From an uncultured Acidimicrobiales bacterium (lineage in GTDB: Bacteria; Actinomycetota; Acidimicrobiia; Acidimicrobiales; SZUA-35): DNA of 64,000 nt. Below are positions 29,029 through 40,027 of this stretch, piece by piece (position 1 is the first letter of the stretch; the number at the start of each line of letters is the position of its first letter). The stretch spans positions 15,247 to 79,246 of the forward strand of contig CAWDOA010000017.1 in the NCBI GenBank assembly GCA_963803875.1, read 5' to 3'. Under the pieces are notes generated by a model that ran no database searches, was not told the origin of the DNA, and saw only the letters and a list, made by a program, of their open reading frames with translations. A program made the position numbers and the translations under genes.

Positions 29029-29438
29029 AACGGCAACTGAAGGCTGGTCGGTGGCGGAATATCGCTTGTCGAAAGCCTGACCGCCCAGATCACGAGGACC
29101 AGCACAACATTTCCAAGGAGCAGACGGGTGCGGAATAGGCGCGAGACCGTGCCGCCCAGTGCGCTGAAGCCCACCACCGTCGCCAGCTGAGCGAGTACCA
29201 GCACGGTGAACGGGTGCCGAGCCCACGCGGTTGAGACGTCGAGTCGGGCCAGCGAGAAGGCCGCCCGGGTTGTCCCACACAGAGGGCAATATCCACCGGT
29301 GCATCGTCGAAACGGGCAGATGATCAGGCCGTCATCGTGGCCGAACGCCAGTGCGATGAGAACTCCAATCCCGAGACCGGTGATATCGGCTGTGCGGTCT
29401 CGCCCCGCAAACCAGTGCCGAGAACCGATAGCTGTCAT
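29025..29438 (-). CDS. DUF2752 domain membrane protein
   Basis: ICPFRRCTGGYCPLCGTTRA...AWARHP. Confidence 0.85.
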   Translation of the reverse strand: MTAIGSRHWFAGRDRTADITGLGIGVLIALAFGHDDGLIICPFRRCTGGYCPLCGTTRAAFSLARLDVSTAWARHPFTVLVLAQLATVVGFSALGGTVSRLFRTRLLLGNVVLVLVIWAVRLSTSDIPPPTSLQLPF

Positions 29439-29989
29439 TCGGCTTTGCGAGCTCCATCAGCATCGAACTCGGCGGAGCATTCGGGCTCGGCGAGCAGATC
29501 GAGAAGATCGGATCTGGCCCGCGCCACACGGGATCGGACCGTGCCGATCGGGCACTGCAAGATCTCAGCGGCCTCGGCGTAGGACAATCCGGCGAGCTGA
29601 GTGAGCACAATCACTTCACGCCGATCCGGTCGAAGCTGTTGGAGAAGCAGTTCGTTGTCGATCGAACCGGTCCGATCGAACTCGGGCGAGTCGGGCAGTT
29701 CCACAGGTGACATGTGCTTGCGCCAGCGAGTCTTTGAACGCACGGCGTCGGCACAGGTGTTGCGGGCGATGGTCATCAGCCACGCTCGAGCGGAACCGTC
29801 GTTACGGAAACGAGGCAGAGAGCGGAGCGCGCGGACAAAAACTTCTTGGGCCAGGTCCTCTGCATTGTCTGGATCACCGAGATGTCGACACAGGTCAAGC
29901 ACCGGTTGCTGAGCAGCGCGGATGAATGATTCGGCGGCATGCCGGTCACCGTCCCTGGCCCGGAGTGCGAGTGAAGTCCAGTCGTCGAT
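29435..29989 (-). CDS. sigC: ECF RNA polymerase sigma factor, SigC-like; start uncertain (ATC at 29989)
   Basis: WTSLALRARDGDR.AAESFIRAAQ..V, AEDLAQEVF, SARAWLMTIARNTCADAVR, LTQLAGLSYAEAAEI.QCPIGTVRSRVARAR. Confidence 0.8.
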   Translation of the reverse strand: MDDWTSLALRARDGDRHAAESFIRAAQQPVLDLCRHLGDPDNAEDLAQEVFVRALRSLPRFRNDGSARAWLMTIARNTCADAVRSKTRWRKHMSPVELPDSPEFDRTGSIDNELLLQQLRPDRREVIVLTQLAGLSYAEAAEILQCPIGTVRSRVARARSDLLDLLAEPECSAEFDADGARKAE

Positions 29990-30009
29990 ACATGCATGAT
30001 GCCACCGGC

Positions 30010-30036
30010 GGGAACCGGATCGTGCAGTCGTGCGAC
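30010..30036 (+). promoter_or_regulatory. SigC-type ECF promoter GGGAAC-N17-CGAC
   Basis: GGGAAC 30010-30015, CGAC 30033-30036, 9 nt to ATG 30046. Confidence 0.8.
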
Positions 30037-30045
30037 AAACCAAAC

Positions 30046-30666
30046 ATGGAATGCGACGACGCCCGCATGTGGATCTCCACCCGGATCGATGGCGAACAGG
30101 TAGCCGATGTTGACCTTGTCGACGCTCATATCGCCACGTGCGAAGAGTGCGCGACCTTTGCCGGGGAAGCCCACCGGCTCAAACGGGTCATGGCATTTCG
30201 TCCGGTTCGTGACGAACCGCTCGATCTGGCCCGACTCGTCCTGAACAAGGCGGGTGCGCCGAATCTTGGATCGGGAGAATGGAAGCGAACGCTGCTCGCA
30301 GCGACGGGTTTCACGCTCCTTTTGCTGTCCATCCCCGGTGTGTTGTTCGGGAGCACGATGCTCGGAACCGAACTCGGTGCAACCGATCACAGCGGACGGC
30401 ATCTGGGAGCATTCGGTGCTGCGCTAGCTTTCGGTTTCATCTACGCAGCCTGGCGACCCGAGCGAGCTATCGGACTCGTACCGCTCACGTCGGCGTTGGG
30501 TGCCATGATCATTCTCACCGGCATCATCGATGTCGCACGAGGGTTGTCCAACGGCATGGCCGAGATGAGCCACATGCTCGAGTTGATAGGCGTTGTGCTC
30601 CTGTGGGAGATCTCCGGCAGTCGCCGCCGACTTTGGCAATTGTCGGGCCGTATAGCGCTGCACTGA
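30046..30666 (+). CDS. zf-HC2 membrane protein (putative anti-sigma factor)
   Basis: MECDDARMWISTRIDGE...HIATCEEC (HxxxCxxC) plus four TM helices with His residues. Confidence 0.88.
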   Translation: MECDDARMWISTRIDGEQVADVDLVDAHIATCEECATFAGEAHRLKRVMAFRPVRDEPLDLARLVLNKAGAPNLGSGEWKRTLLAATGFTLLLLSIPGVLFGSTMLGTELGATDHSGRHLGAFGAALAFGFIYAAWRPERAIGLVPLTSALGAMIILTGIIDVARGLSNGMAEMSHMLELIGVVLLWEISGSRRRLWQLSGRIALH

Positions 30667-30674
30667 GGGACAGA

Positions 30675-31826
30675 TCAGCCCACGATCTGACGACCGATGA
30701 TCTCTTTCATGATTTCGTTGGTGCCGCCGTAGATCTTCTGCACGCGTGCGTCTCGCCAGGCCCGGGCGATCGGGTATTCCTCCATATAGCCATAACCGCC
30801 ATGGAGTTGCAGGCACCGATCCATGACTCGACACTCGAGCTCGGTGGTCCACCACTTGGCCTCGGCTGCGTCCTCGGCGGTGAGTTCCCCAACGAGGTAG
30901 GCCTCGGTCTGGCGGTCGAGGAAGACCTGAGCGATATCGAGTTCGGTCTTCATCTCGGCGAGCTCGAACTTGGAATTCTGGAACGTACCGATCGGCTGCC
31001 CGAACGCGGTTCGCTCCTTGACATAGTCAACGGTCCAACCGAAGGCAGCGTGAGCATGTGCGACCGCGCTTATGGCGAGGCTGAGCCTTTCTCGGGGCAG
31101 ATTTCGGACCAGCCCGAAGAAACCATCTCCCTCGTTGCCGAGAAGGTTCTCTGCCGGGACTCTCACATCGGAGAAGAAAAGCTCGGCCGTGTCCTGGGCG
31201 TGCATTCCGATCTTGTCGAGGTTCCGGCCACGGCTGAACCCGTCCATTCCCTCCTCGACGACCAGAAGGCTCATTCCACGATGTTTCTGCGATGGGTCGG
31301 TTTTGGCGGCGACGATCACGAGGGAAGAGTTGATCCCGTTCGTGATGAAGGTCTTGGAACCGTTGATCACGTAGGTGTCGCCATCCCGTACCGCCGTCGT
31401 ACCGATGGAAGCCAGATCAGATCCGGTTCCCGGTTCGGTCATCGCAATTGCGGTCATCGAGTCTCCCGAACAGATTCCAGGTAGCCATCGGGCCTTCTGT
31501 TCGTCGTTGGCCATTTCTGTGAAATACGGCAAACAGATGTCGTTGTGGAGGGTCATGCACATTCCGCTCGCCATGACACCGGCTCGCTGAACCTCTTCGT
31601 TCAAGACGACGTTGAATCGCCAGTCGTCAACGCCGCCGCCTCCGTACTTCTCGTCCACTTCAATTCCGAGAAATCCCATCTCTCCCGCTTTTTTGAACAT
31701 GGCAACGTCGACGTTGCCGGCGGCTTCCCACGTCTCGGCATTCGGGACGATCTCCGCTTCGATGAACGCCCGAGCGCTCTGACGGAACTGCTCGTGGTCA
31801 TCGTTGAAAAGGGTTCGGGTCAACAT
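30675..31826 (-). CDS. Acyl-CoA dehydrogenase
   Basis: AIAMTEPGTGSDL, NGSKTFITNG, QLHGGYGYMEEY, IYGGTNEIMK; TAGTGT 7 nt before ATG. Confidence 0.95.
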   Translation of the reverse strand: MLTRTLFNDDHEQFRQSARAFIEAEIVPNAETWEAAGNVDVAMFKKAGEMGFLGIEVDEKYGGGGVDDWRFNVVLNEEVQRAGVMASGMCMTLHNDICLPYFTEMANDEQKARWLPGICSGDSMTAIAMTEPGTGSDLASIGTTAVRDGDTYVINGSKTFITNGINSSLVIVAAKTDPSQKHRGMSLLVVEEGMDGFSRGRNLDKIGMHAQDTAELFFSDVRVPAENLLGNEGDGFFGLVRNLPRERLSLAISAVAHAHAAFGWTVDYVKERTAFGQPIGTFQNSKFELAEMKTELDIAQVFLDRQTEAYLVGELTAEDAAEAKWWTTELECRVMDRCLQLHGGYGYMEEYPIARAWRDARVQKIYGGTNEIMKEIIGRQIVG

Positions 31827-31930
31827 GGTTTCCACACTACCGATCACCTGGCTGGAAGCTGAAGACGAACAACGTTCACGGGCCGCCGTGGGTTCGAGCC
31901 CGCGTTGGGCGGGCCTACCCTCTATGGCCT

Positions 31931-32626
31931 ATGTCCGCGGTCTTCCCCGCATCCGATGATCTCGATGTCGTCACCGTCGTACTGACCGGCGGGGTCGGCC
32001 CAACGAAGGCGCAGTATGACGCCCTGATCGGATCGTTGAGAGGACCGGTGAAGGTCGTGGCCGCCGACAGCGGCGCAGATCACGCACGAGCGCTTGGTGT
32101 TCGTGTTGATGTCGCAGTTGGCGACTTCGATTCAGCCTCCGATGTCACTCGGGTCTGGCTGTCCCAGCAGGGTTCGGAGGTGCGAGAGTTCGGTCCCCAC
32201 AAGGACCAGAGCGATCTGGAGCTGGCACTCGAGGCCGCCAGCGAAGACGACCCCGAAGTGATCTACGTTCTCGGGTTGGGCGGCGGCCGGCCAGACCACG
32301 CTCTGCTGAATCTCGTCGTCCTGGCCGACGTTCGCTGGAGTACGTCCCGAGTCTTCGGCCTTGCTGAGGAGTGTTGGATCAGTGTTGTGCGAGAAGAAAC
32401 CGAGATCAGGGGTGCACTCGGATCCTTGGTGTCACTCATTCCGATCGGGGGACCAGCGTCGGTCAGCACCGCTGGACTGTTGTTCAGTCTGGACGCAGAA
32501 GAACTCAGCCCGACCAGCGCCCGTGGTCTGAGCAATGTGCTGGCTGGCAGCCGGGCGACGGTTCGGGTAGAGGAAGGTGTGCTGCTCACCATGCAACCGA
32601 TCGACGAGAGCTCAGAACGTGTCTGA
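31931..32626 (+). CDS. thiN: Thiamine diphosphokinase
   Basis: AADSGADH, VGDFDS, KDQSDLELAL, GGRPDHALLN, GLSNV. Confidence 0.9.
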   Translation: MSAVFPASDDLDVVTVVLTGGVGPTKAQYDALIGSLRGPVKVVAADSGADHARALGVRVDVAVGDFDSASDVTRVWLSQQGSEVREFGPHKDQSDLELALEAASEDDPEVIYVLGLGGGRPDHALLNLVVLADVRWSTSRVFGLAEECWISVVREETEIRGALGSLVSLIPIGGPASVSTAGLLFSLDAEELSPTSARGLSNVLAGSRATVRVEEGVLLTMQPIDESSERV

Positions 32627-34097
32627 ATCATCACGACGGGATCGTCGGCAGCGCAGGGCGGCCAAGAGGGCCGCCCGCCGTAGCTGGCCTCAGCGCCTTC
32701 TGATCTCAGCAAATGTTGTCGGCATCTTTCTCGCACTTGGTTCGGCCTATCTCATCAAGAACAGTTTCGGCCGAATCGAGAGAATCGAACGGGTTGAACT
32801 CACCGGTTCGCTGACACCGCTGGAGGTCGGTTCGGAACCGGGTGAGCGTGTGCTCAATGTTCTGCTCGTGGGATCTGATTCCGCAGCTTCGCTCGATCCT
32901 GACAACCCCATCAACCAGGGTCGTCAGGGTGAGCGGAATGGCGACGTCATCATCGTGGCCCACATCGATGAACGGGACGGATCGGCTGCACTGCTTTCGT
33001 TTCCGCGCGATCTCTGGCTTCCTATCGCCGGCAGAGATCGGGACGCAAAGATCAACAGCGCCTTCGCGGTCGGAGGTCCCGCGATGCTCATCGACACCAT
33101 CGAGCAGGACTTCGGCATTCCGATCAATCATTACGTGAACGTCGATTTCGCCGGATTCCAGGGTCTGGTGGATGCCCTGGGGGAAGTGGAGGTGTGGTTC
33201 GACGAGCCCGCACGGGACTGGAACACGCGCACCAATTCCTCCCAGACCGGGTTCGAAATGCTCGAACGCGGCCGTCAAGCGCTCGATGGCCCCACCGCGT
33301 TGGCCTATGTCCGGTCCCGCTACTACCAAACTCTGGACGAGGACGGTCGGTGGGTGGGCGGCCTGGCCGAGGCCAGTGATCTGAACCGAATCAAGCGCCA
33401 GCAGGACTTTCTTCGTCAAGTCACCGCGCAGGCGATTGCATCGGGGTCCCGAAATCCGTTCGTGTTCAACGGACTGATTGATGCAGCTATAGAACACGTC
33501 ACGCTTGACCAGGAACTCAGCCCCGCCCTGTTGCTCGATATCGGCAATGCGTTTCGGGAGTTCGACAGCGACAGCCTCCTGGCGTACAGCCTTCCCGCCG
33601 AGTTCGGATGGGTCGGGTCGGCGAGTGTTCTCTTCGTCGATGAAGAACAGGCCGTACCGATTCTTGAACTCTTTCGTGGAGCGAGAGTGGACGATCCACG
33701 CACGGTCCGTAGCGAAATCGTCCATGTTGCATCGAGGACCGACGAGGCCGCGGACCTTGCGCAGTCGCTGTTGATCCGGGGATTTGGTACCGCACCTGCA
33801 GCGGTCGTCCCTCTGGACCACGGTGGCATAGCCGTCCGTCACGCTCCCGATGCGCGGCAGGCGGCAGAGGTGATCGCAGCGGAGCTGGCTGAACCGGTCG
33901 CATTCGTTGAGGACCCAGCGCTGTCGGGCCGCACCGTTGTTGTTTCTTTGGGTGATCCCGCGCTACCGGCCCCTGTCAACCCAGACAGCGGTGCGCCCTC
34001 AGATGAAGCAGATGCTGGCGGAGCGGCCCAACTCGACGGTGTCGCTGTCCAAGAACCACCTCCGAGCGGGTCAACTGAAGCCACTTGTGGCCGATAA
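32619..34097 (+). CDS. LCP (LytR-CpsA-Psr) family protein
   Basis: TM helix, NVLLVGSD, LLSFPRDLW, KINSAF, VDFAGF, ALAYVRSR, RIKRQQ. Confidence 0.92.
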   Translation: MSESSRRDRRQRRAAKRAARRSWPQRLLISANVVGIFLALGSAYLIKNSFGRIERIERVELTGSLTPLEVGSEPGERVLNVLLVGSDSAASLDPDNPINQGRQGERNGDVIIVAHIDERDGSAALLSFPRDLWLPIAGRDRDAKINSAFAVGGPAMLIDTIEQDFGIPINHYVNVDFAGFQGLVDALGEVEVWFDEPARDWNTRTNSSQTGFEMLERGRQALDGPTALAYVRSRYYQTLDEDGRWVGGLAEASDLNRIKRQQDFLRQVTAQAIASGSRNPFVFNGLIDAAIEHVTLDQELSPALLLDIGNAFREFDSDSLLAYSLPAEFGWVGSASVLFVDEEQAVPILELFRGARVDDPRTVRSEIVHVASRTDEAADLAQSLLIRGFGTAPAAVVPLDHGGIAVRHAPDARQAAEVIAAELAEPVAFVEDPALSGRTVVVSLGDPALPAPVNPDSGAPSDEADAGGAAQLDGVAVQEPPPSGSTEATCGR

Positions 34098-34226
34098 AGG
34101 TTGTGCGGGTGCACCGTAACCACGGATCGATCCCAAGTCGGGTAGATCCGCCCAGCGAAGCCCCCGCAGTACCCATCGCTAGCCTGCAAAGGTTGGCGGA
34201 AACCTGTAAGTGACGGAGAAACAGAC

Positions 34227-35504
34227 GTGGCAACGATCGCTGTAATCGGAACCGGATACGTAGGCCTCACAACCGGGGCGTGTTTTGCGCACCTCGGTCA
34301 CGATGTGATCTGTGCCGATATCGATGCAGAGAAGATCGCCCGGCTCCAGGACGGCCAGATCCCGATCGTCGAAGAAGGACTCGACCGAATCGTGGCCGAG
34401 GCGCTGGCCGCCGGAAAGATCAGTTTCGTGGTCGGTGCCACCAACGCCAGTGAGCACTGCGAGTTCCACTACTTGTGTGTGCCGACTCCCCAGGATTCGG
34501 ATGGATCAGCCGATCTCAGCTATCTGAAAGCCGCCGCAGCAGAAATCGGACCGACACTTCCTGCTGACAGTGTTGTTGTGAACAAGTCGACTGTTCCGGT
34601 GGGATCCACCGAGGTTGTCGCCAAGCACCTGAACAGGCCCGATGTGCAGGTTGTATCCAATCCGGAATTCTTGCGTGAAGGAACCGCCGTTCAGGACTTC
34701 CTGCATCCGGACAGAGTCGTCATCGGCTCCAGCGATCAGGAAGCTGCGATTCGGGTGGCAGCGCTGTACAGCAGAGTGCGCGCCCCGATCATGGTCACTG
34801 ATCCGGTAACGGCGGAGACGATCAAGTACGCCAGCAACGCCTTTCTCGCAACCAAGCTGAGCTTCGTGAATGCCATTGCCAACCTTTGTGAACACGTGGG
34901 CGCCGACGTCGACGAGGTCACGTTGGGGATGGGGTATGACACGCGCATCGGCAAGGAGTTCCTGAAACCCGGCCCGGGCTGGGGTGGAAGTTGTTTCCCC
35001 AAAGATGTGGCGGCGCTGGCCCGTATCGCAGACGACTACGGCTACGACTTCACGCTGCTGCGTGAAGTCCTCAACGTGAACACACTGCAGTTCGAGCGAA
35101 CCGCACAAAAGGTTCTCGATGCGTTGGGCCCAGATCTCGCGGGCAAGAAAGTGGCCGCGTGGGGTCTCACGTTCAAGGCCGGCACCGATGATCTTCGCGA
35201 TTCCCCGGCGATCGAAGTTCTCCAGCGAGTCAGCGGAGCGGGCGCCCAGGTAGTCGCTTTCGATCCGGCAATACCGGCCGAGATTCCTCAGTTGCCGCTG
35301 GTGACAGTCGCTTCAGATCCGCTGGTTGCGGCCAAGGACGCGGACGTGCTCGTCGTTCTCACCGAATGGCCGGAGTTCAAGTATGTCGATTTCGATCAAC
35401 TGGCTGATCAGATGCGGGGTCGTATAGTGATAGACAGCCGGAATCTGCTCGATCGCTCGATTCTCAAGCGTCGGCACTTCGACGTCATCGGTATCGGACG
35501 CTAG
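34227..35504 (+). CDS. ugd: UDP-glucose 6-dehydrogenase
   Basis: [46 protein letters not shown]. Confidence 0.95.
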   Translation: MATIAVIGTGYVGLTTGACFAHLGHDVICADIDAEKIARLQDGQIPIVEEGLDRIVAEALAAGKISFVVGATNASEHCEFHYLCVPTPQDSDGSADLSYLKAAAAEIGPTLPADSVVVNKSTVPVGSTEVVAKHLNRPDVQVVSNPEFLREGTAVQDFLHPDRVVIGSSDQEAAIRVAALYSRVRAPIMVTDPVTAETIKYASNAFLATKLSFVNAIANLCEHVGADVDEVTLGMGYDTRIGKEFLKPGPGWGGSCFPKDVAALARIADDYGYDFTLLREVLNVNTLQFERTAQKVLDALGPDLAGKKVAAWGLTFKAGTDDLRDSPAIEVLQRVSGAGAQVVAFDPAIPAEIPQLPLVTVASDPLVAAKDADVLVVLTEWPEFKYVDFDQLADQMRGRIVIDSRNLLDRSILKRRHFDVIGIGR

Positions 35505-35506
35505 AG

Positions 35507-36449
35507 GTGGCCAGGATCGTCGTCACCGGAGGCGCCGGCTTCCTCGGATCAAATCTATGCCGGAGCCTGCTAGATCGTGGTGACGAGGTGGTATGTCTCG
35601 ACAACTTCGTGACCAGCTCGGAGGAGAACATCGAGGGACTCTTCGGCCGTCAGGGTTTCTCGTTCTCCAATCAGGACGTGACGAACCACATCTGGGTGCC
35701 GGGTCCGGTGGATACCATCATGCATCTTGCCTCGCCGGCATCACCCATCGATTTCGAGAAGATCCCGATTCAGATCATGAAGGTGGGCAGCCTCGGAACC
35801 CACAACTGCCTGGGATTGGCCCGTGCCAAGGGGGCGACGTTCCATCTCAACTCCACCAGTGAGGTCTATGGCGACCCGTTGGTCCATCCTCAACCAGAGA
35901 CGTATTGGGGCAATGTCAATCCCAATGGACCTCGGAGTGTGTACGACGAAGCCAAACGATTTGCCGAGGCGCTGACACTTGCGTACGAGGCCACAACACG
36001 ATATCGACGTGCGGATCGTCCGCACATTCAACACCTACGGTCCGCTGATGCGGCCCGACGATGGTCGGGTGGTGTCGAACTTCATCACCCAGGCGTTGCG
36101 GGGTGAGCCGCTGACGATTTACGGCGATGGCACTCAGACCCGCAGCTTCTGTTATGTGACCGATCAGATCGAAGGACAGTTGGCGCTGCTGGACAGTGGC
36201 TACACCCAACCGGTCAACATCGGCAGCGATGTCGAGTTCACGATGCTCGAACTGGCCGAGCATGTGGTGGACATCACCAACAGTTCGGCCGGCATCGTGC
36301 ATCAACCGTTGCCCCAAGACGATCCCACCCAACGTAAGCCCGACCTCACGGTCGCCAAGCGTGAACTCGGATGGTCACCCAAAGTGCCTCTCCGGCAGGG
36401 GCTCGAACTCACCAGCGCATACTTCGCCGAGAAACTCGGTCTCACCTAG
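35507..36449 (+). CDS. UDP-glucuronic acid decarboxylase (UDP-xylose synthase) family; +1 frameshift near 35988
   Basis: [50 protein letters not shown]; continues [24 protein letters not shown]. Confidence 0.9.
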
Positions 36450-36539
36450 CCGACCTTGGGCCCGCATTGGGCACAGAACTGAGCAAGGCTCCACGATTGG
36501 CAGGCTCAGGCCCGATGATGGCAAGTAGCATCGAAGCTG

Positions 36540-37622
36540 ATGAGGGTTGCCGTTACCGTTGAACAATTCTGGCATCCGGTTCCGGGTGGCACCGCCCGGG
36601 CCACCCACAAGACGGTACGTGCGCTTCAGCGGGCTGGACAAGCTGATCTCGTCGGCGTCGCTGCGGCTCATCCCGACGCCATGGAGGGGAGCGAACTGAC
36701 GATCCCGGTAGTCCACAGCCGACTCAAGCGCCCGCTTCTGTACGAGTCGTGGCTACGGCTGAACCGTCCCAGGATTCAACCGATGGTCGACGGTTGTGAT
36801 CTCATTTGGGCCTCGGCCATGGTGCCTCCACCAAGGGGCAACTCGGCGATGATCACCACTGTCCACGATCTCGAATTCCTCGATCACCCGGAGTGGCATA
36901 CCAACCGAGGGCGTAGCTTCTTTCCACGGGCATTCGCTGCGGCTGTCGATCGTTCCGACGTGATCGCCTGTCCATCTCGAACCGTGGCCGATCGCTGCGT
37001 GCGCGCCGGCGTATCGGCGGATCGCATCCGTGTCATTCCCTGGGGGGTGTCTCCGAAACGAGTCGATGCTGTAGAGGTCGCTGAGATCCGGGCCCACTAC
37101 GACCTTCCCGAGACGTTCGTTCTCTGGGTCGGAACGAGCGAACCTCGCAAGAACCTCGATGGATTGGCACAGGCGATGCAGAAGCTGGACGTGCCGATCG
37201 CAGTGGTCGGCCCTGACGGCTGGAATCTGAAGGCCGAGGATGTGCTGAATCCGCTGGGTGAGCGATGTCATCGCCTGGGCAAGGTGCCCGATCGCGACCT
37301 GCACGGTCTGTACGCAGCTGCGTCAGTCTTTGCGTTTCCTTCTCATGCCGAAGGGTTCGGGCTTCCCGTGCTCGAAGCGATGGCGCAGGGAACGCCCGTG
37401 GTCACGTCGAGGCGAACTGCCACCGAAGAAGCGGCTGGTGGCGCAGCGCTGTTGGTGGACCCGTCGAACCCCGATGAGATCGCTGATGCGCTCACCGGGA
37501 TCCTGGCCGATGAGGTGATGGCAGCTCGTCTCACCGCCCTCGGACTGGATCGCGCCCACGAGATGAGCTGGGACGCCACCGCGGCCGGATACGGAGCAGC
37601 GTTCGCCGACGCGGTCGGCTAG
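36540..37622 (+). CDS. Glycosyltransferase family 4
   Basis: TVHDL, EPRKNL, FPSHAEGFGLPVLEAMAQGTPV. Confidence 0.93.
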   Translation: MRVAVTVEQFWHPVPGGTARATHKTVRALQRAGQADLVGVAAAHPDAMEGSELTIPVVHSRLKRPLLYESWLRLNRPRIQPMVDGCDLIWASAMVPPPRGNSAMITTVHDLEFLDHPEWHTNRGRSFFPRAFAAAVDRSDVIACPSRTVADRCVRAGVSADRIRVIPWGVSPKRVDAVEVAEIRAHYDLPETFVLWVGTSEPRKNLDGLAQAMQKLDVPIAVVGPDGWNLKAEDVLNPLGERCHRLGKVPDRDLHGLYAAASVFAFPSHAEGFGLPVLEAMAQGTPVVTSRRTATEEAAGGAALLVDPSNPDEIADALTGILADEVMAARLTALGLDRAHEMSWDATAAGYGAAFADAVG

Positions 37623-37634
37623 GACCGGCACCCG

Positions 37635-38748
37635 ATGGAAACGGTTGGCGTCAACTTGTTGTGGCTCGATCCGGGTGTGGTCGGCGGAAGCGAGGAGTAC
37701 ACGCTGAGTTTGCTTCGAGCTGTCCATGAATTGGATCCTCTGGATCTCGAACTTCGACTCTTCGTCCAGAAATCGTTGTGTGATCACCATCCCGATCTCG
37801 AGAAGCGGTTCGAGATCTTGACCGCACCACGCTTGCCAGGGGGCAAGGCCGGTCGGGTCGTCACCGAACACACATGGCTTTCTCGTCAGAGCGCTGCGGT
37901 GTCCCTCGTGCACCACGCCGGGGGCCTGATCCCCGCTGGATCCCCATCGAGACCGATGCTGACGATCCTGGACCTTCAGCCACTCGATATGCCCGAGAAT
38001 TTCGGGGTAGTGAAGCGGAACTGGCTAGGACGGATGATTCCGCGATCCATCGAATCTGCGTCGGCGATTGTGACGCCGAGCCGTTTCACGGCGTCCAGGG
38101 TCACCGAACTCTTTGGTGTGGCTCGAGACCGGATCCACGTGGTGCCGTTTGGATTGGAGTCAACGACACGACCAACGAGCCCGCCTCCCGGAGATGGTCC
38201 TGTCTTCCTGTATCCAGCCATTGCCTATCCTCACAAGCGCCACGCCGATCTCATCGAGGCATTCTCGCTTGTGCGGGTCGAGCACTCCGACGCTCGCCTG
38301 ATCCTCACCGGTGGAGAGGGGCCCCTAACGGCCGATCTTCGCGCCCAGATAGAGGCTGAAGGACTGGAGAGCGCAATTTCGATAACAGGCCGGATTCGAG
38401 CGCGACGAACTCCTGTCACTGATGGGTTCGGTGACCGCTGTGGTCATACCGTCCGAGTACGAGGGGTTTGGTCTTCCCGCGCTCGAGGCCATGAGCCTCG
38501 GTACCCCGGTGATCGTGGCGGATGCAGGCTCCTCTCCCGAGGTCGTAGGCGATGCCGGAATCGTTGTACCCCCCAGGCAGCCTGCTGTGTTGGCACGTGC
38601 GATGGGTTCGTTGATAGTCGACCCCCACGCTCGAAAACGGTTGAGCGAAGCGGGATTGGTTCGGGCTGCGACGTTCGAGTGGAAGAGGTCGGGGCAAGCG
38701 TTGATTTCGGCCTACCGTGACGCTCTTGCTTACATCCAGAACACATGA
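37635..38748 (+). CDS. Glycosyltransferase family 4; +1 frameshift near 38397
   Basis: GGSEEY, YPHKRH; second frame PSEYEGFGLPALEAMSLGTPV. Confidence 0.88.
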
Positions 38749-38757
38749 TGCTTTCTG

Positions 38758-39981
38758 ATGCGGATTCTTGTTCTTTGCCCACATTTCGCCCCTGATCTGC
38801 ACGCAGCCACCGGCGAGGTCATGACCGAGTTGGTTCGGTCTCTGACCGACCGCGGCCACATGGTTGATGTTGTCACCTCGTTGCCGTGGTATCGGGATCA
38901 TGATGTGGAGCCGGAGTGGAGGGGCCGACCGGTCAGATCCGAGAGCACTGATTTCGGATCGGTGACGAGGGTCTGGCCGTTTCCAACCGACAAAGGCAGT
39001 GTTGTCTCGAGATCGCTCGCCTTCGCCGCCCAAACGGCCCTCTCGCTTCTGGTGGCTCTGCCAAAGCAACGACCCGACATCGTGCTGGCGATGTCGCCCC
39101 CGATCTTCTTCGGCAGCGCGGGACGACTTCTGGCCCGAAGATTCAAGGTCCCGTTCGTCTTCAACGTGCAAGACATCTTTCCCGATGTCGCGGTCGAACT
39201 CGGCATGTTGACCAACGAGCGGGCGATCAAGGTCGCACGGCGATTGGAACGGTCGCTCTACGACAGCGCCGACGCGGTCACGGTTCTGAGTGAAGACCAG
39301 GCTCGCAACGTACGGGCGAAGATGGTGAAACCGGAGAACGTACAGATCATCCCGAATTTCGTGGACACCAGCCGGGTGAGAGTGGTGGATCGGATGACTG
39401 AGTACCGGGGGCGTCACGGTATCGATGACGAACTTGTCGTCATGTACTCGGGCAATGTCGGCTTCAGCCAGAGTTTTCACTTGGTCGAGGCGGCCGCGGT
39501 CCATTTCGCTGACAGGTCCGATGTCCGATTCGTCATCAACGGTGAGGGCGCTGCCCGCGCCGATGTCGACCGCTGGGCCCAACCCATGCCGAATGTGATT
39601 GTTTCGGACTTCGCCCCGCGAGAAGCGGTCTCCGATGTTCTCGGTACCGCCGACATTCACCTGATCCTCCTGAGCGCCGGGCTGGCCCAGTCCAGTACGC
39701 CGAGCAAGCTGTATGGAATTCTGGCGGCAGGGCGACCGGTCTTGGCCTCCATTGATCTCGGCAGTGATGCTGACCAGGTGATACACCGGTCCGGAGCCGG
39801 ACTCACCGTGCCCCCAGATGACCCCTCGGCCTTCATCGAGGCCCTTGATGAACTGCTCTCTGATCGAGCCCACTTGGAGGAACTGGGTCGCAGGGCCCAG
39901 GAGTTCGTGGGTCAACTGCTCACCCCTGACCAGCAAGCACAGGCCTATGAGCGTCTATTTGTCCAGCTGGGATCGATGTAG
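38758..39981 (+). CDS. Glycosyltransferase family 4 (WbuB/WcaI-like)
   Basis: HFAPD, MSPP, VQDIFPD, MYSGNVG..Q, PSKLYGILAAGRPV. Confidence 0.92.
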   Translation: MRILVLCPHFAPDLHAATGEVMTELVRSLTDRGHMVDVVTSLPWYRDHDVEPEWRGRPVRSESTDFGSVTRVWPFPTDKGSVVSRSLAFAAQTALSLLVALPKQRPDIVLAMSPPIFFGSAGRLLARRFKVPFVFNVQDIFPDVAVELGMLTNERAIKVARRLERSLYDSADAVTVLSEDQARNVRAKMVKPENVQIIPNFVDTSRVRVVDRMTEYRGRHGIDDELVVMYSGNVGFSQSFHLVEAAAVHFADRSDVRFVINGEGAARADVDRWAQPMPNVIVSDFAPREAVSDVLGTADIHLILLSAGLAQSSTPSKLYGILAAGRPVLASIDLGSDADQVIHRSGAGLTVPPDDPSAFIEALDELLSDRAHLEELGRRAQEFVGQLLTPDQQAQAYERLFVQLGSM

Positions 39982-40027
39982 CCTGAGAACACTCTCACCC
40001 GCCGGCAACATGTAAAGGCAGTCTTCA

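Noticed and set aside
31878-31915. gtgggttcgagcccgc as a tRNA T-arm/attachment site or TPP riboswitch before thiN
   Set aside because: No cloverleaf, no integrase nearby and no TPP aptamer signature; only a GC-rich hairpin.
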